The notes below the pieces were generated by a model that saw only the letters and a list, made by a program, of their open reading frames with translations, was not told the DNA's origin and did no database searches. A stretch of DNA of 64,000 nt from an uncultured Planctomycetia bacterium (GTDB lineage Bacteria > Omnitrophota > Gorgyraeia > JABMRN01 > RBG-13-46-9), in assembly GCA_964440235.1 (NCBI GenBank), contig CAYTQI010000003.1:1599-65598 (forward strand), written 5' to 3'. The stretch's first letter is position 1. Each line of letters starts with the position of its first letter. Positions 28,345 to 37,630 of this stretch are shown here, piece by piece. Both the position numbers and the translations under genes were made by a program.

Positions 28345-28432
28345 ATTTCTCCCTAAATAATAGTAGGGCACTCCAAAATGTGCCCTACTATTTCTTTTTA
28401 AACTACCTCTATTTTTGATTTGTCCGGTGCTT

Positions 28433-28600
28433 TTACCGGCCTTCGTTCCTGCGTCTTGAAAAACACTCTCTGCAATATACCGGGCGGTCTCCGCTCGGCT
28501 TGAAAGGAACTTCACATTCTTTCTTGCAGTCAGCGCAAATCGCTTTGTGCATTTCGCGCGGGGGCCTGTCAAATCCTCCGCCGCTTTTGTAATCTGCCAT
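28433..28600 (-). CDS. CxxC-x17-CxxC zinc-ribbon small protein (55 aa)
   Basis: Not in the ORF track. MADYKSGGGFDRPPREMHKAICADCKKECEVPFKPSGDRPVYCRECFSRRRNEGR with RBS AGGAGG. Confidence 0.92.
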   Translation of the reverse strand: MADYKSGGGFDRPPREMHKAICADCKKECEVPFKPSGDRPVYCRECFSRRRNEGR

Positions 28601-28697
28601 GATACCTCCTTTTTACCGCTTTAATTATATAACTTTTCCGTCGTAACTTCAAGACCTTTTTTATGAGATAAAAAATTTCCGCGCGGGGCGGCCTGCG

Positions 28698-29369
28698 TTA
28701 AAACGACCAGTTGATAAGAACCATGAACTCCAGCGGTTTCTTGTCGCCGTTGTAATTGGCGAGGCCTATTTGAAGGCCATCGAGAGATTCGGTATAATTA
28801 ACCAGCCCCAGCTGGAATCCATGCATTTCCGCGGCGTAATTAATAAACCCTCCCTGAAAGCCCCTGAACGATCCGCTGTTATAATTCACTATTCCTAAAT
28901 TTCCGCCTACAGTCCGGCTTTTTGAAATATTTACAAGGGCGCATTGCGCTCCGTGCATGAAACCCTCGGCCCAGTTCACAAAACTCCACTGCAACCCGGT
29001 AAAATCACCCTCTACCACATTCACCGCGCCGTATTGCAGGCCGACAAAACGCTTTCCGACATGATTAAGAACGGCAAGCTGCCCGCCGTATGAAGAACCC
29101 TCAACCCAGTTTCCGAGCCCGATCTCAAACCCTTCCACGTTTCCAAGGGCCCTATTAACGCCGGCCCATACAATACTTAATCCCGCGACATCTTCATTAA
29201 CGGTATAAAACAGGCTTAAACGCAGGCCTTTAATGGAATCTTCCTCGGGAACGAGCTGGACAGGATTAAAAACCGCCAGCTGCAAGGGCCCGGTGGTTTC
29301 CGCTTCGGCGAATTGAATTGTCGTAATTAAAATTATTAAAATTAAAAAAAATTTTTTTACGCCTTCCAT
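28698..29369 (-). CDS. secreted/outer-membrane GxQxGxxN repeat protein (LA_2272/VC2662-like)
   Basis: Signal peptide, about 10 G-x-Q-x-G/A-x-V-N repeats, C-terminal INWSF. RBS AGGAGG before MEGVKK. Confidence 0.8.
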   Translation of the reverse strand: MEGVKKFFLILIILITTIQFAEAETTGPLQLAVFNPVQLVPEEDSIKGLRLSLFYTVNEDVAGLSIVWAGVNRALGNVEGFEIGLGNWVEGSSYGGQLAVLNHVGKRFVGLQYGAVNVVEGDFTGLQWSFVNWAEGFMHGAQCALVNISKSRTVGGNLGIVNYNSGSFRGFQGGFINYAAEMHGFQLGLVNYTESLDGLQIGLANYNGDKKPLEFMVLINWSF

Positions 29370-29413
29370 GTATCGCCTCCTCACATTAAATGCGGTTTTG
29401 TTTGGCTTCAACG

Positions 29414-29659
29414 TTAACCCTCTTTCACCATTAAAAGCAACGCTATCGCGATAAGAAGATAAGCGATTGTCCTGGCAATGATTAAAATATTTACAAGCGC
29501 CGAGTCAAGGCCGATAATTGTCAGGATGTGGGAAAAGCCGAAGATCCCAAAAGATATCCCGATAAATAGAGTGGGCAATCCTTTGTTTTTGCCATAAGCC
29601 AGGTAACTCAAGAGAACTATCACGATACACAAAACTGTATTTATCACGGTCAAAACCAT
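29414..29659 (-). CDS. small three-TM membrane protein
   Basis: 81 aa hydrophobic ORF, FGIFGFSH, RBS GGAGG. Confidence 0.75.
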   Translation of the reverse strand: MVLTVINTVLCIVIVLLSYLAYGKNKGLPTLFIGISFGIFGFSHILTIIGLDSALVNILIIARTIAYLLIAIALLLMVKEG

Positions 29660-29924
29660 TTTTCGCCTCCCATTTTCTTCCTATACGGCTTAAGTTTCCG
29701 GCAAACTTGCGAATTCTGACGCGCCGGACAAAAAGCGGCCGGCAAGAACATCCTTAACGGCAGGATACGCGTTTCTCCCGATTAATACCACTTATTTCGT
29801 AAAATTATACCTCTAAAACCGGCTGCCCTCAAGGTTTATTTGCCGCCCGCGGAATAAATCCATTTCAGGTGTGTCCAAATAAATAATTTTTATTCCGCCC
29901 ATGGAATAGATTCATTTTTTCGGC

Positions 29925-29953
29925 TTGCACTTTGCGGGGGCAGCAGGTATACT
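29925..29953 (+). promoter_or_regulatory. sigma70-type promoter giving a leaderless patatin transcript
   Basis: TTGCAC-17 nt-TATACT, with ATG 6 nt downstream and no SD. Confidence 0.65.
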
Positions 29954-29959
29954 TTGACT

Positions 29960-30892
29960 ATGAAAGAAGAAAAGCGGTACCGGATTCTATCGCTTGACGG
30001 CGGAGGGGCGAAAGGTATTTATACGCTCGGGGTTCTAGCCGGGATAGAAAAAAAGCTTGGCTCGGCGCTTGTTAATCATTTCGACGGCTTTTACGGCTGC
30101 TCAACAGGGGCGCTGATAATCGCCGACATGGCACTCGGCAGGACGGTAGGCCACGCCACAGAGATGTATCTTGAGAATATTCCCCGTATCATGGGCTGCT
30201 ACAGGGCCTGCTCCAGGACAAAAGCCCTCAGAAAAGTCCTTGAAAAAGAATTCGGAAACGGCGATTTTATGAATTTTAAGAAAGAGGTCACGATATTCGC
30301 CACCTCCGCCAGTAAACATCTCCCGCTTATTTTTAAATCGCGTCATTATAAAAATTACACGAATCTAAACATTATCGAGCCGGGGGCATATCACACAATC
30401 ACGGAAGCGCTCATGGCTTCGTGTTCAGCGGTACCTTTTTTCGAGAAAGCTGTTATTAAAAAATCTTTCGCGAGCGAGAAAGAAGCGGTAATGGACGGTA
30501 CGTTCGCCGCGGAAAACCCGATACTGGCCGCCATGATAGACATGGTAAAAAAATACAAAAAATCCAAAGAGGAAATAATCGCCGTAAGCGTCGGAACGGG
30601 TGAATTTCCCGTCGGGATAAACACGCAATTTTTGCTTTCTACGATAATCCGGCTCGATAAGCTGCTGCTTTTGGATCGGCTGATGCACCTGAACACCAAT
30701 ACCCTGCAAATCATCACACAGGCCTTTTTTAACGATTACAACATCATACGCATCAATGATAAATTTACCGACCCGTCGCTGAAAACAAATCTTCTCGAAC
30801 ATAATGTCAAAAAACTCAAGCTTCTTTATGAAAAAGGCAGGGAATCGTTTGCCCGCGCCGAAAAAAAATTCGAAAAGACGTATTTCAAGTAA
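29960..30892 (+). CDS. patatin-like phospholipase, CapE-like
   Basis: DGGGAKG oxyanion motif, GCSTG nucleophile, DGT catalytic Asp motif. Confidence 0.9.
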   Translation: MKEEKRYRILSLDGGGAKGIYTLGVLAGIEKKLGSALVNHFDGFYGCSTGALIIADMALGRTVGHATEMYLENIPRIMGCYRACSRTKALRKVLEKEFGNGDFMNFKKEVTIFATSASKHLPLIFKSRHYKNYTNLNIIEPGAYHTITEALMASCSAVPFFEKAVIKKSFASEKEAVMDGTFAAENPILAAMIDMVKKYKKSKEEIIAVSVGTGEFPVGINTQFLLSTIIRLDKLLLLDRLMHLNTNTLQIITQAFFNDYNIIRINDKFTDPSLKTNLLEHNVKKLKLLYEKGRESFARAEKKFEKTYFK

Positions 30893-30913
30893 AAAAATAA
30901 ACCGGGGGTTTAA

Positions 30914-32128
30914 ATGAGCGGTATTCTGATAGCAGGCCTTGTGCTTTTCATAGGCTTCGTTTTTGGGCAGGAGCTAAAAAGGTTCAAATTTCCGAAAATA
31001 GTCGGGTATATCCTGGCGGGGGTTCTATTGAATCCCGGAATATGCCGTTTTGTACCGGAAAATATCATTTCGCAAACCGATATAATCGAAAATATCGCGA
31101 TCGCCTTTATCGCATTCGCGATAGGGGGTACAATAGTATTCTCCGAGATAAAAAAACTCGGCAAGGGGATTGTTTACATCACGCTATTTGAGGCCGAGGT
31201 TACTTTTTTAGTTATCATGGCCGGATTTCTCATTATCCTTCCTTTTGTCACGCGGATACCCGGAGCTACATGGTTTACTACTTTCATACCCATAGCGCTG
31301 ATGCTCGGGTGCCTGGGGTCTCCGACAGACCCTTCGGCGGCTTTGGCGGTTAGCCATGAATATAAAGCAAAGGGCGAAGTCACCTCGACAATGTTGAGCG
31401 TCGCCGCTTTTGACGACGTGCTTGGCATAATAAACTTCAGCGTCTCCATGGTTCTGGCAAGGGCGCTGCTGACAAAAGCGTCTTTTAACGCCTTTGATAC
31501 TGTGCTTACTCCGTTTCTTATCATTCTTGAATCGGTTGTTCTTGGCTCGATAATGGGTTTCATTTTTAATTTCATAACCGGTAGATTGAAAGAAAAAACG
31601 CCCGGGCCGCTTTTTGTGCTGATACTTAGCTTCATCACCCTTTGCTGGGGGCTCGCCTCCCTTATCCGCGCGGAAGAAATCCTTTCCATCATGATAATGG
31701 CCATGGTTGTCACAAATTTCAATCCCCATTCTAAAGCCATTTTTTCCATGCTTGAAAGATATTCCGAAGAACTTATTTTTCTGATATTTTTCACGTTAAG
31801 CGGCATGCATTTGAGTTTCAGCGGAGCGGGGATCGCGATAGCGCTGCTCGTGTTCTTCACCATATTCAGGATAATCGGAAAATTTACCGGGACCATGATC
31901 GGCGCCTCGATAGCGCGTTCCTCCCCCAAAATAAGGAAGTATACGGCAAGCGGCCTTATACCCTACGGCGGCATCGTCATAGGCCTGGCGCTTATTATGC
32001 AACAAGATCCCGCTTTCAGTGAAATCGGCACGCTTGTGGTAAATATCATCGTAGGCGCCACTATCGTAAACGAGTTTATCGGCCCTATTCTTATAAAGAA
32101 AACGCTTAAAAATTCGGGTGAGATTTAA
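30914..32128 (+). CDS. cation:proton antiporter (CPA)
   Basis: P.IVGYILAGVLL, SPTDP, FDD, FFTLSG; about 12 TMs. Confidence 0.9.
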   Translation: MSGILIAGLVLFIGFVFGQELKRFKFPKIVGYILAGVLLNPGICRFVPENIISQTDIIENIAIAFIAFAIGGTIVFSEIKKLGKGIVYITLFEAEVTFLVIMAGFLIILPFVTRIPGATWFTTFIPIALMLGCLGSPTDPSAALAVSHEYKAKGEVTSTMLSVAAFDDVLGIINFSVSMVLARALLTKASFNAFDTVLTPFLIILESVVLGSIMGFIFNFITGRLKEKTPGPLFVLILSFITLCWGLASLIRAEEILSIMIMAMVVTNFNPHSKAIFSMLERYSEELIFLIFFTLSGMHLSFSGAGIAIALLVFFTIFRIIGKFTGTMIGASIARSSPKIRKYTASGLIPYGGIVIGLALIMQQDPAFSEIGTLVVNIIVGATIVNEFIGPILIKKTLKNSGEI

Positions 32129-32790
32129 GGGGAAGGCTGAACGGGAAGCGAAATATCCGCCACTGTCATTTCGCCTGTTTTGTTCGGGCCGTCGTTTTTG
32201 ATAAAACCCGTCTTAGGGAAGGCGAATGTAACTGTCCTGACAGCCTTTATGCAGCTCCCGAGCGCTTTTCCGTTAGTGGCATCCAGGCCCGAAGGCACGT
32301 CTACGGACAAAATGGGTTTTCCGGATTGATTCATCGATTCTATCGCGCCCGCGAGAGGCCGCCTCACTTCTCCGGAAACACCTATTCCCAGTATGGCGTC
32401 TATCAAGAGATCCGATGCTTGCAGGCTATTTTTAAAACTATCAAATTCCCCGCCGGTTTCCGTTGATTTAATCTTTATCCCCATTTCGCGAAGTATATTG
32501 TAATTTATTTTAGCGTCGCCTTTCAAATTCGCGGGATTGGCAAGTAAAAAAATTTCCACGTCAAATCCGTTATTTACGAGATGCCTGGCCGCGACAAATC
32601 CGTCGCCGCCGTTATTACCCCTGCCGCAAACGCAAAATATCTTTTTCTCTTTCGCGCCCGAAAGTATCCCGCGCGCTGCCGCGTACACGGCGCGGCCGGC
32701 GTTTTCCATCAGAATAATGGACGGTATGCCGAATTTCTCCATGGCCTCTTTATCCAGACTGCGCATCTCCCGGGAAGTCACGTATCGCAT
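32125..32790 (-). CDS. nnrE: NAD(P)H-hydrate epimerase (stand-alone YjeF_N)
   Basis: LMENAG, GNNGGDG, DAILGIG, VDVPSG. Confidence 0.92.
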   Translation of the reverse strand: MRYVTSREMRSLDKEAMEKFGIPSIILMENAGRAVYAAARGILSGAKEKKIFCVCGRGNNGGDGFVAARHLVNNGFDVEIFLLANPANLKGDAKINYNILREMGIKIKSTETGGEFDSFKNSLQASDLLIDAILGIGVSGEVRRPLAGAIESMNQSGKPILSVDVPSGLDATNGKALGSCIKAVRTVTFAFPKTGFIKNDGPNKTGEMTVADISLPVQPSP

Positions 32791-33689
32791 TAATTAACGT
32801 ATCCTCCGAACTGCAAAAAAACCTCCGTGAGGCCTTTTACCACTTCCGCGATATTTTCATAATTAAGCGTCTCATAAGTATCCGATTTCCTATGATAATT
32901 GGGATTCCTGTAAAATGCGGTATCTGTAATCATTACCGCGCGATAACCCTCTTTCCAGAAAGACCAGTTATCGGAAAAATCGATTCCGGGAACAATAGCG
33001 GGAAGCACGAACAACTCCACGGGAAAACGGCTTTTATTTTTAAAAATGGAAACAATTTTCCGCGCGAGATTACCCGAAACCGGATTTCCAACGACACCGA
33101 TATAATCGCCTCTGTTCGGGTGAAAAAAACGCATTATCGGCAAATATTTCTGGGACCACGGCCTATCCGTATAGTAGCCGATTGACTCCAGGATAATGGC
33201 GGCTTTAATGTCTTCCCCTCTTGTCCTGGCGTCTCTGGCATAAACGTAACTGCCCATTTTTTCCGTTTTAAAAAACGGTGGCTCTTCGTTGACAAAAGCG
33301 ATGAATTTCACGGTGCGCTCGGTTTGTTTATCAAACATAAATTTCGCCAGTTCCAAAAGCCCCGCCACGGCGCTTGCGTTATCGTCCGCTCCGGGGTTGA
33401 AATAGCTGTCATAGTGGGCTCCGGCAACGATCACCTCTTCCGGGTACTTCACGCCGGTTTTCGAGACGATTATATTTTTGGCCGCCTTTCCCCGGGCCTC
33501 ATATTCCTGAAATTTAACCTCATACCCGAAAGAAGAAAATGTTTCGGTTATGTACTGAGCCGCTTCGCAAAGTTTATCATATTTAGAAATGCTGCGGTCG
33601 CCAATCTCGTGGGAAAGCCTGTAAACATGCGATTCTAATTTTTTAACCAATTCCGTATCCTCCTTAATGTCAGGGCCGTTTGGGTTCAT
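32790..33689 (-). CDS. M28 family metallopeptidase
   Basis: GAHYD, GADDNAS, NEEPP, SD.WSF, YH..SD. Confidence 0.9.
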   Translation of the reverse strand: MNPNGPDIKEDTELVKKLESHVYRLSHEIGDRSISKYDKLCEAAQYITETFSSFGYEVKFQEYEARGKAAKNIIVSKTGVKYPEEVIVAGAHYDSYFNPGADDNASAVAGLLELAKFMFDKQTERTVKFIAFVNEEPPFFKTEKMGSYVYARDARTRGEDIKAAIILESIGYYTDRPWSQKYLPIMRFFHPNRGDYIGVVGNPVSGNLARKIVSIFKNKSRFPVELFVLPAIVPGIDFSDNWSFWKEGYRAVMITDTAFYRNPNYHRKSDTYETLNYENIAEVVKGLTEVFLQFGGYVN

Positions 33690-33804
33690 TTTTTTATTAT
33701 ACCTTTTATAGCGTTAAATCCCAAGGGAAATATAAAACGCCGGGGGCCGGGCATTCGTATTCGCCATTTAGCAAGAAAAGTTAGAAACGGTAAACGAGGA
33801 GGCC

Positions 33805-35058
33805 CTATTTGTTTTGGGGTTCGTAATTTCGGGATTCGAAATTGTGTGTCCAGTAGTTCACGCCCCGCTTGAGCACTGAAAGGCCCATTTCCTGCCCGGT
33901 TTTAAATATCAGGATAAACCAGAAAAGGACAAGCGCCGGCGCCGCCAATAGCAGTCGTTTCAGCAGTGAGCGCATGCTCCTTATGGCGAGTATGCAGGGA
34001 AAAATTCCGAAAAGTATGACCTTGCCGGTTCCTCCCACAAAATCGAGAGCACTAAGAAAAATATTCGGATATAAAAGCGATATAATGAGCGGCGGCGCGA
34101 AAGACAGCGCGAAACTAAGGAATCCGCTCGAGGGCATTCTGGTATGATTCGTGATTATGTCATCAATAAAATCAATTTGCGTCCGCCCGATCGATATATA
34201 CGAGGTTATGATGGCCGTAAGGGTAAACATCAGGGCGGCCTGCATGAAAAGCGGGCTTTTTATCGCGTTCGCGAGGGGTACGGTCGCCGGAAGGTTTTTT
34301 TGAAGGGCGTTTAAAATACCTCCGGCCCCCTCAAGATTCAAAACCCCTATTCCCACCTGTATCCATATCACATTCATGATAAAACCTATTACGGCACCGA
34401 AGGTAAAAGCCAGCAATATGTCCCTGATGTTCCAGTTAAGTTTTTTACATATGGTGGGTATTATATTGTGAAAATTTGCCGCCATTACTATGATTGGGAG
34501 AGCGGCCGGAAGCATTTTCCAATCCCTGTAAGCGAAACGCGAGGCATCCACGTATTTCTCTCCCATGATTACAAGAACGCCGAACGAAATCCATAAAAAC
34601 ACCACAAATAAAGTACTGCACCATAGAAGCAGTTTAGGCCTGAAAAATGTTATACCCGTAAAAATCGTGAAAAATATAAGCATGATCGCCGATTTCGGGA
34701 CCGGAACATTGAGGAGCCGCGCTATAACCGTGGTTGAACCGGTAAGATATACGGTAAGAAGCCCGTAAAGTATGATAAGGTTCGCCAGTGTAGCTATCCA
34801 TTTTCCGGCGGTACCGAAATACTCCTGATATAAACTGGGATAGTGAAAATTTTCCCGGCGATTTTTTATTGATTCCTTCGCGAGCACGACCGCCGTGAAA
34901 AAAAGCGCCGCGCTAAGCGCGAGCAGCCCTGCCATCGATGGCCAGAAACCGGCCATGCCGGTTTTTATCGGCAACCCCAGGATCCCGGCGCCTATCATGT
35001 TACCGGTAATAAAACACCCGACCATAAAAATAAGTGAAAACGGTATTTTTTTATTCAT
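33805..35058 (-). CDS. aromatic amino acid permease (TyrP/Mtr, HAAAP)
   Basis: IGAGILGLP, NFHNIIP, TSY; about 11 TMs. Confidence 0.88.
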   Translation of the reverse strand: MNKKIPFSLIFMVGCFITGNMIGAGILGLPIKTGMAGFWPSMAGLLALSAALFFTAVVLAKESIKNRRENFHYPSLYQEYFGTAGKWIATLANLIILYGLLTVYLTGSTTVIARLLNVPVPKSAIMLIFFTIFTGITFFRPKLLLWCSTLFVVFLWISFGVLVIMGEKYVDASRFAYRDWKMLPAALPIIVMAANFHNIIPTICKKLNWNIRDILLAFTFGAVIGFIMNVIWIQVGIGVLNLEGAGGILNALQKNLPATVPLANAIKSPLFMQAALMFTLTAIITSYISIGRTQIDFIDDIITNHTRMPSSGFLSFALSFAPPLIISLLYPNIFLSALDFVGGTGKVILFGIFPCILAIRSMRSLLKRLLLAAPALVLFWFILIFKTGQEMGLSVLKRGVNYWTHNFESRNYEPQNK

Positions 35059-36242
35059 TTCAGATGTCTCATTTGTTTTTCCGCGGTGGTTTTACGAAAT
35101 ATGTAATACGCGCAAAGAAGAACGCTGAAAAAAGTAAAAATCGCGGAAGAATAAAACACGGAATCAATTCCGAGCCGGTCCATTATAATACCCGCGGCTA
35201 TCGGCGCGATAACGATCCCCGCGCTCATTACCGCCCAGAACACGCCCATCCACATCCCCATACCGACCTGTTTGCCTATTTCCAGGGAAAGGCTCGTTAC
35301 TGCCGGCACGCATATAGCGATTCCGAGTCCCATAAAACACCCCGCGGTAAAAAGAGCCCAGTAATTCGGGCAAAGCGGCAAGACAAATATGGCCAGCATC
35401 GAAACAGAGATCCCCATGCTTGACTGAAGCAGTTTACCAAGCCGTCCAAGGCGCTGCGCGAGTTCGCCGAAAGGAATCTGCAGGAGGCCCGCTATAAATA
35501 TAGACACGGATATAATAAGGCCCGTGTGGGCGATGTCCACAAAATCCCTTATAGCCATTGACGGAAGAAATGACATGAATACAGCCGAAAGAGCGGTTGA
35601 TATAAGCGTCATTATCAAAACCGCTTTTACGTAATTGTACTTAAGCAATATGTTAAACGGCGCGATGCCGGGCGCCTTGCGCCTTGTTGTGCCTTTCGCC
35701 TCCGGAAGTAAAAACATCACAAAAAGAAGCGTTATGCCTCCGAGAACAGCCATCGTGTAAAAAACAGCGTCGAAACCGCGCCGTTCGGCAAGTTCTCCGC
35801 CGATCAGCGGGCCCGCCGCTATTCCCAGGTATAATACCGTATTCAGCCCGCCTACCGTTAAGCCTTCTGTGCCCTGTCTCGCAAGTTCACCGACGTACGC
35901 CATCACAATAGGTAATATCATGCCGGCCGACAGCCCGTGAATAAGGCGGACCGCTGTCAACAGGTAAACGTTGTCGGCTTCCGTGTAAAGGAGAGAGGCA
36001 AGGGAATAAAGTACAAGCCCCGCCACGACAAATATTTTACGCCCTATCCTGTCGGAGATTTTTCCTATGAATGGCGTCACAATGCCTCTCGATATGGCAA
36101 AACCGGCGAATATCATACCTATCCAGAAGCCGTTAGCGCCGTGGCTTTGGGCAAGTTCCGGCAGAAAAGGAGATATTACCGCAAGTCCCAGCGACGCGGA
36201 AAAAGCGGCCATCATCAAAAGGCAAAAAGTACGTACATTCAT
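35055..36242 (-). CDS. MFS transporter
   Basis: Motif A GKISDRIGRK; 12 TMs. Confidence 0.92.
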   Translation of the reverse strand: MNVRTFCLLMMAAFSASLGLAVISPFLPELAQSHGANGFWIGMIFAGFAISRGIVTPFIGKISDRIGRKIFVVAGLVLYSLASLLYTEADNVYLLTAVRLIHGLSAGMILPIVMAYVGELARQGTEGLTVGGLNTVLYLGIAAGPLIGGELAERRGFDAVFYTMAVLGGITLLFVMFLLPEAKGTTRRKAPGIAPFNILLKYNYVKAVLIMTLISTALSAVFMSFLPSMAIRDFVDIAHTGLIISVSIFIAGLLQIPFGELAQRLGRLGKLLQSSMGISVSMLAIFVLPLCPNYWALFTAGCFMGLGIAICVPAVTSLSLEIGKQVGMGMWMGVFWAVMSAGIVIAPIAAGIIMDRLGIDSVFYSSAIFTFFSVLLCAYYIFRKTTAEKQMRHLK

Positions 36243-36302
36243 ATAATCAGAATATATCCTTAAAAATACAAGACATTAAACAGGGACACGGGTTAAAAAT
36301 TT

Positions 36303-37559
36303 TCACTTTTCTACGGAAAACGTTTTGTGTTTCCAGTGTTCTTTTGACGCGTCTAATTTTAGCATCCCGGATTCCTGGGCTACTTCGCACAATAAGAATG
36401 TTGAAAACGCCGCTATCATTACAATAGCGGCCACTTTAAACAACTTTCCCCTTTCACGCGCCATTTTGAGCATGATAAAGCTCGGCAATAACCCAAAAAC
36501 TATCAGTATCCCAAGGCCGCCGGCCAGGTCTATGGCCTTTAAAAAAAGTCCGGGATAGATCATCGCCACCAGAAAAGGCGGGCCGAATGAAAGCAGCACT
36601 ATGGCGTATTTGCTGGGTTTTTTGAAATAAAGCGATAAAATCCCCTTCATAAACCCTCTGAGGGCTATACCCGTAGGGATATACGAAGTGGCCATGGCGG
36701 TAAGCGCGAAAAACATTCCGGTAACCGTAATCACCCTGGAATGCAAAGCCAAAGCGAGCGGAATAGTGGCGGGATAATCATTTTGCAGGGCACTGAGTAT
36801 ATTTGTTTTTCCGGGGCCGCTGACCGGAAGAGCCCCTATCACCACTGTCATCCACAATATATTCATAACCAGCGCCATAAAGCTTCCCAATAATACCGCC
36901 TTCAAAGCGGCCCATGGGTTTCCGTCGAGATTGCTGCATATAAAAGGAACGACATTGTGAAAAGAAAACGCGACGATTATTATGGGTATTACGGAAGGTA
37001 TCAAGCCCCACTTTCTGTAGCTGAAACGGCTGGCATCAACATGCTGTCCGGTTTTGAACAGAAGAATCGAAAAAGACACAAGCAGGACTGCCATGATTAT
37101 CGCGTTCGCGTTTTTGGCTTTGTCAGCGCCAAGAAGGACAAGGCCTGTAAAAATTACAAAAAAGGCGGCCATCCATACATGGCTCCCTGCGTTAAGAGGC
37201 ACCAGGTTCACAAGTATAGCGGCTGAACCCGTTAAATACGCCACAAGAATACCGTAATAATTCACCAGATAACCAAAGACACTGATCCACTTGCCCTTGG
37301 GCCCCAATTCGCTTTGAAAAAGTGTCGGATAATCGCGGGATCTTTCTTTCGGGTGGGTAAATTTGTAAATAAATACGATTGCCGTACACAGCATAAGAAC
37401 CCAGACTGAAAACATGCTTAAGAGCGAAGGCAGCATACCCGCGAGCCCGGTTTTTACGGGTAGGCCCAGAATGCCCGCGCCTATGGTCATGCCCATGACA
37501 AGCAGGCTGTTAATAAATATTTTTACGAAAGTTATTTTTTTTTCCAACTTGTAAACCAT
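36303..37559 (-). CDS. aromatic amino acid permease (TyrP/Mtr), second paralog
   Basis: IGAGILGLP, SFHNVVP. Start trimmed to MVYKL because the track start lies inside an inverted-repeat element. Confidence 0.88.
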   Translation of the reverse strand: MVYKLEKKITFVKIFINSLLVMGMTIGAGILGLPVKTGLAGMLPSLLSMFSVWVLMLCTAIVFIYKFTHPKERSRDYPTLFQSELGPKGKWISVFGYLVNYYGILVAYLTGSAAILVNLVPLNAGSHVWMAAFFVIFTGLVLLGADKAKNANAIIMAVLLVSFSILLFKTGQHVDASRFSYRKWGLIPSVIPIIIVAFSFHNVVPFICSNLDGNPWAALKAVLLGSFMALVMNILWMTVVIGALPVSGPGKTNILSALQNDYPATIPLALALHSRVITVTGMFFALTAMATSYIPTGIALRGFMKGILSLYFKKPSKYAIVLLSFGPPFLVAMIYPGLFLKAIDLAGGLGILIVFGLLPSFIMLKMARERGKLFKVAAIVMIAAFSTFLLCEVAQESGMLKLDASKEHWKHKTFSVEK

Positions 37560-37617
37560 AAAGGGGACGGGCATTCACATCCGGCGAAAATGTCAAATGT
37601 GAAGACCTGACCCCTTT
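37560..37617. repeat. REP-like imperfect inverted repeat
   Basis: AAAGGGGACGGGCATTCACAT, 16 nt spacer, ATGTGAAGACCTGACCCCTTT (17/21 complementary). Confidence 0.6.
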
Positions 37618-37630
37618 CACCTGACTTGGA

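Noticed and set aside
28345-28572. N-terminal half of the 163-aa track ORF
   Set aside because: It overlaps the real CxxC-x17-CxxC gene in another frame; the true start is near 28344.
29660-29800. Structured 5' leader upstream of the small membrane gene
   Set aside because: Only short, weak hairpins are present, with no recognisable RNA family.
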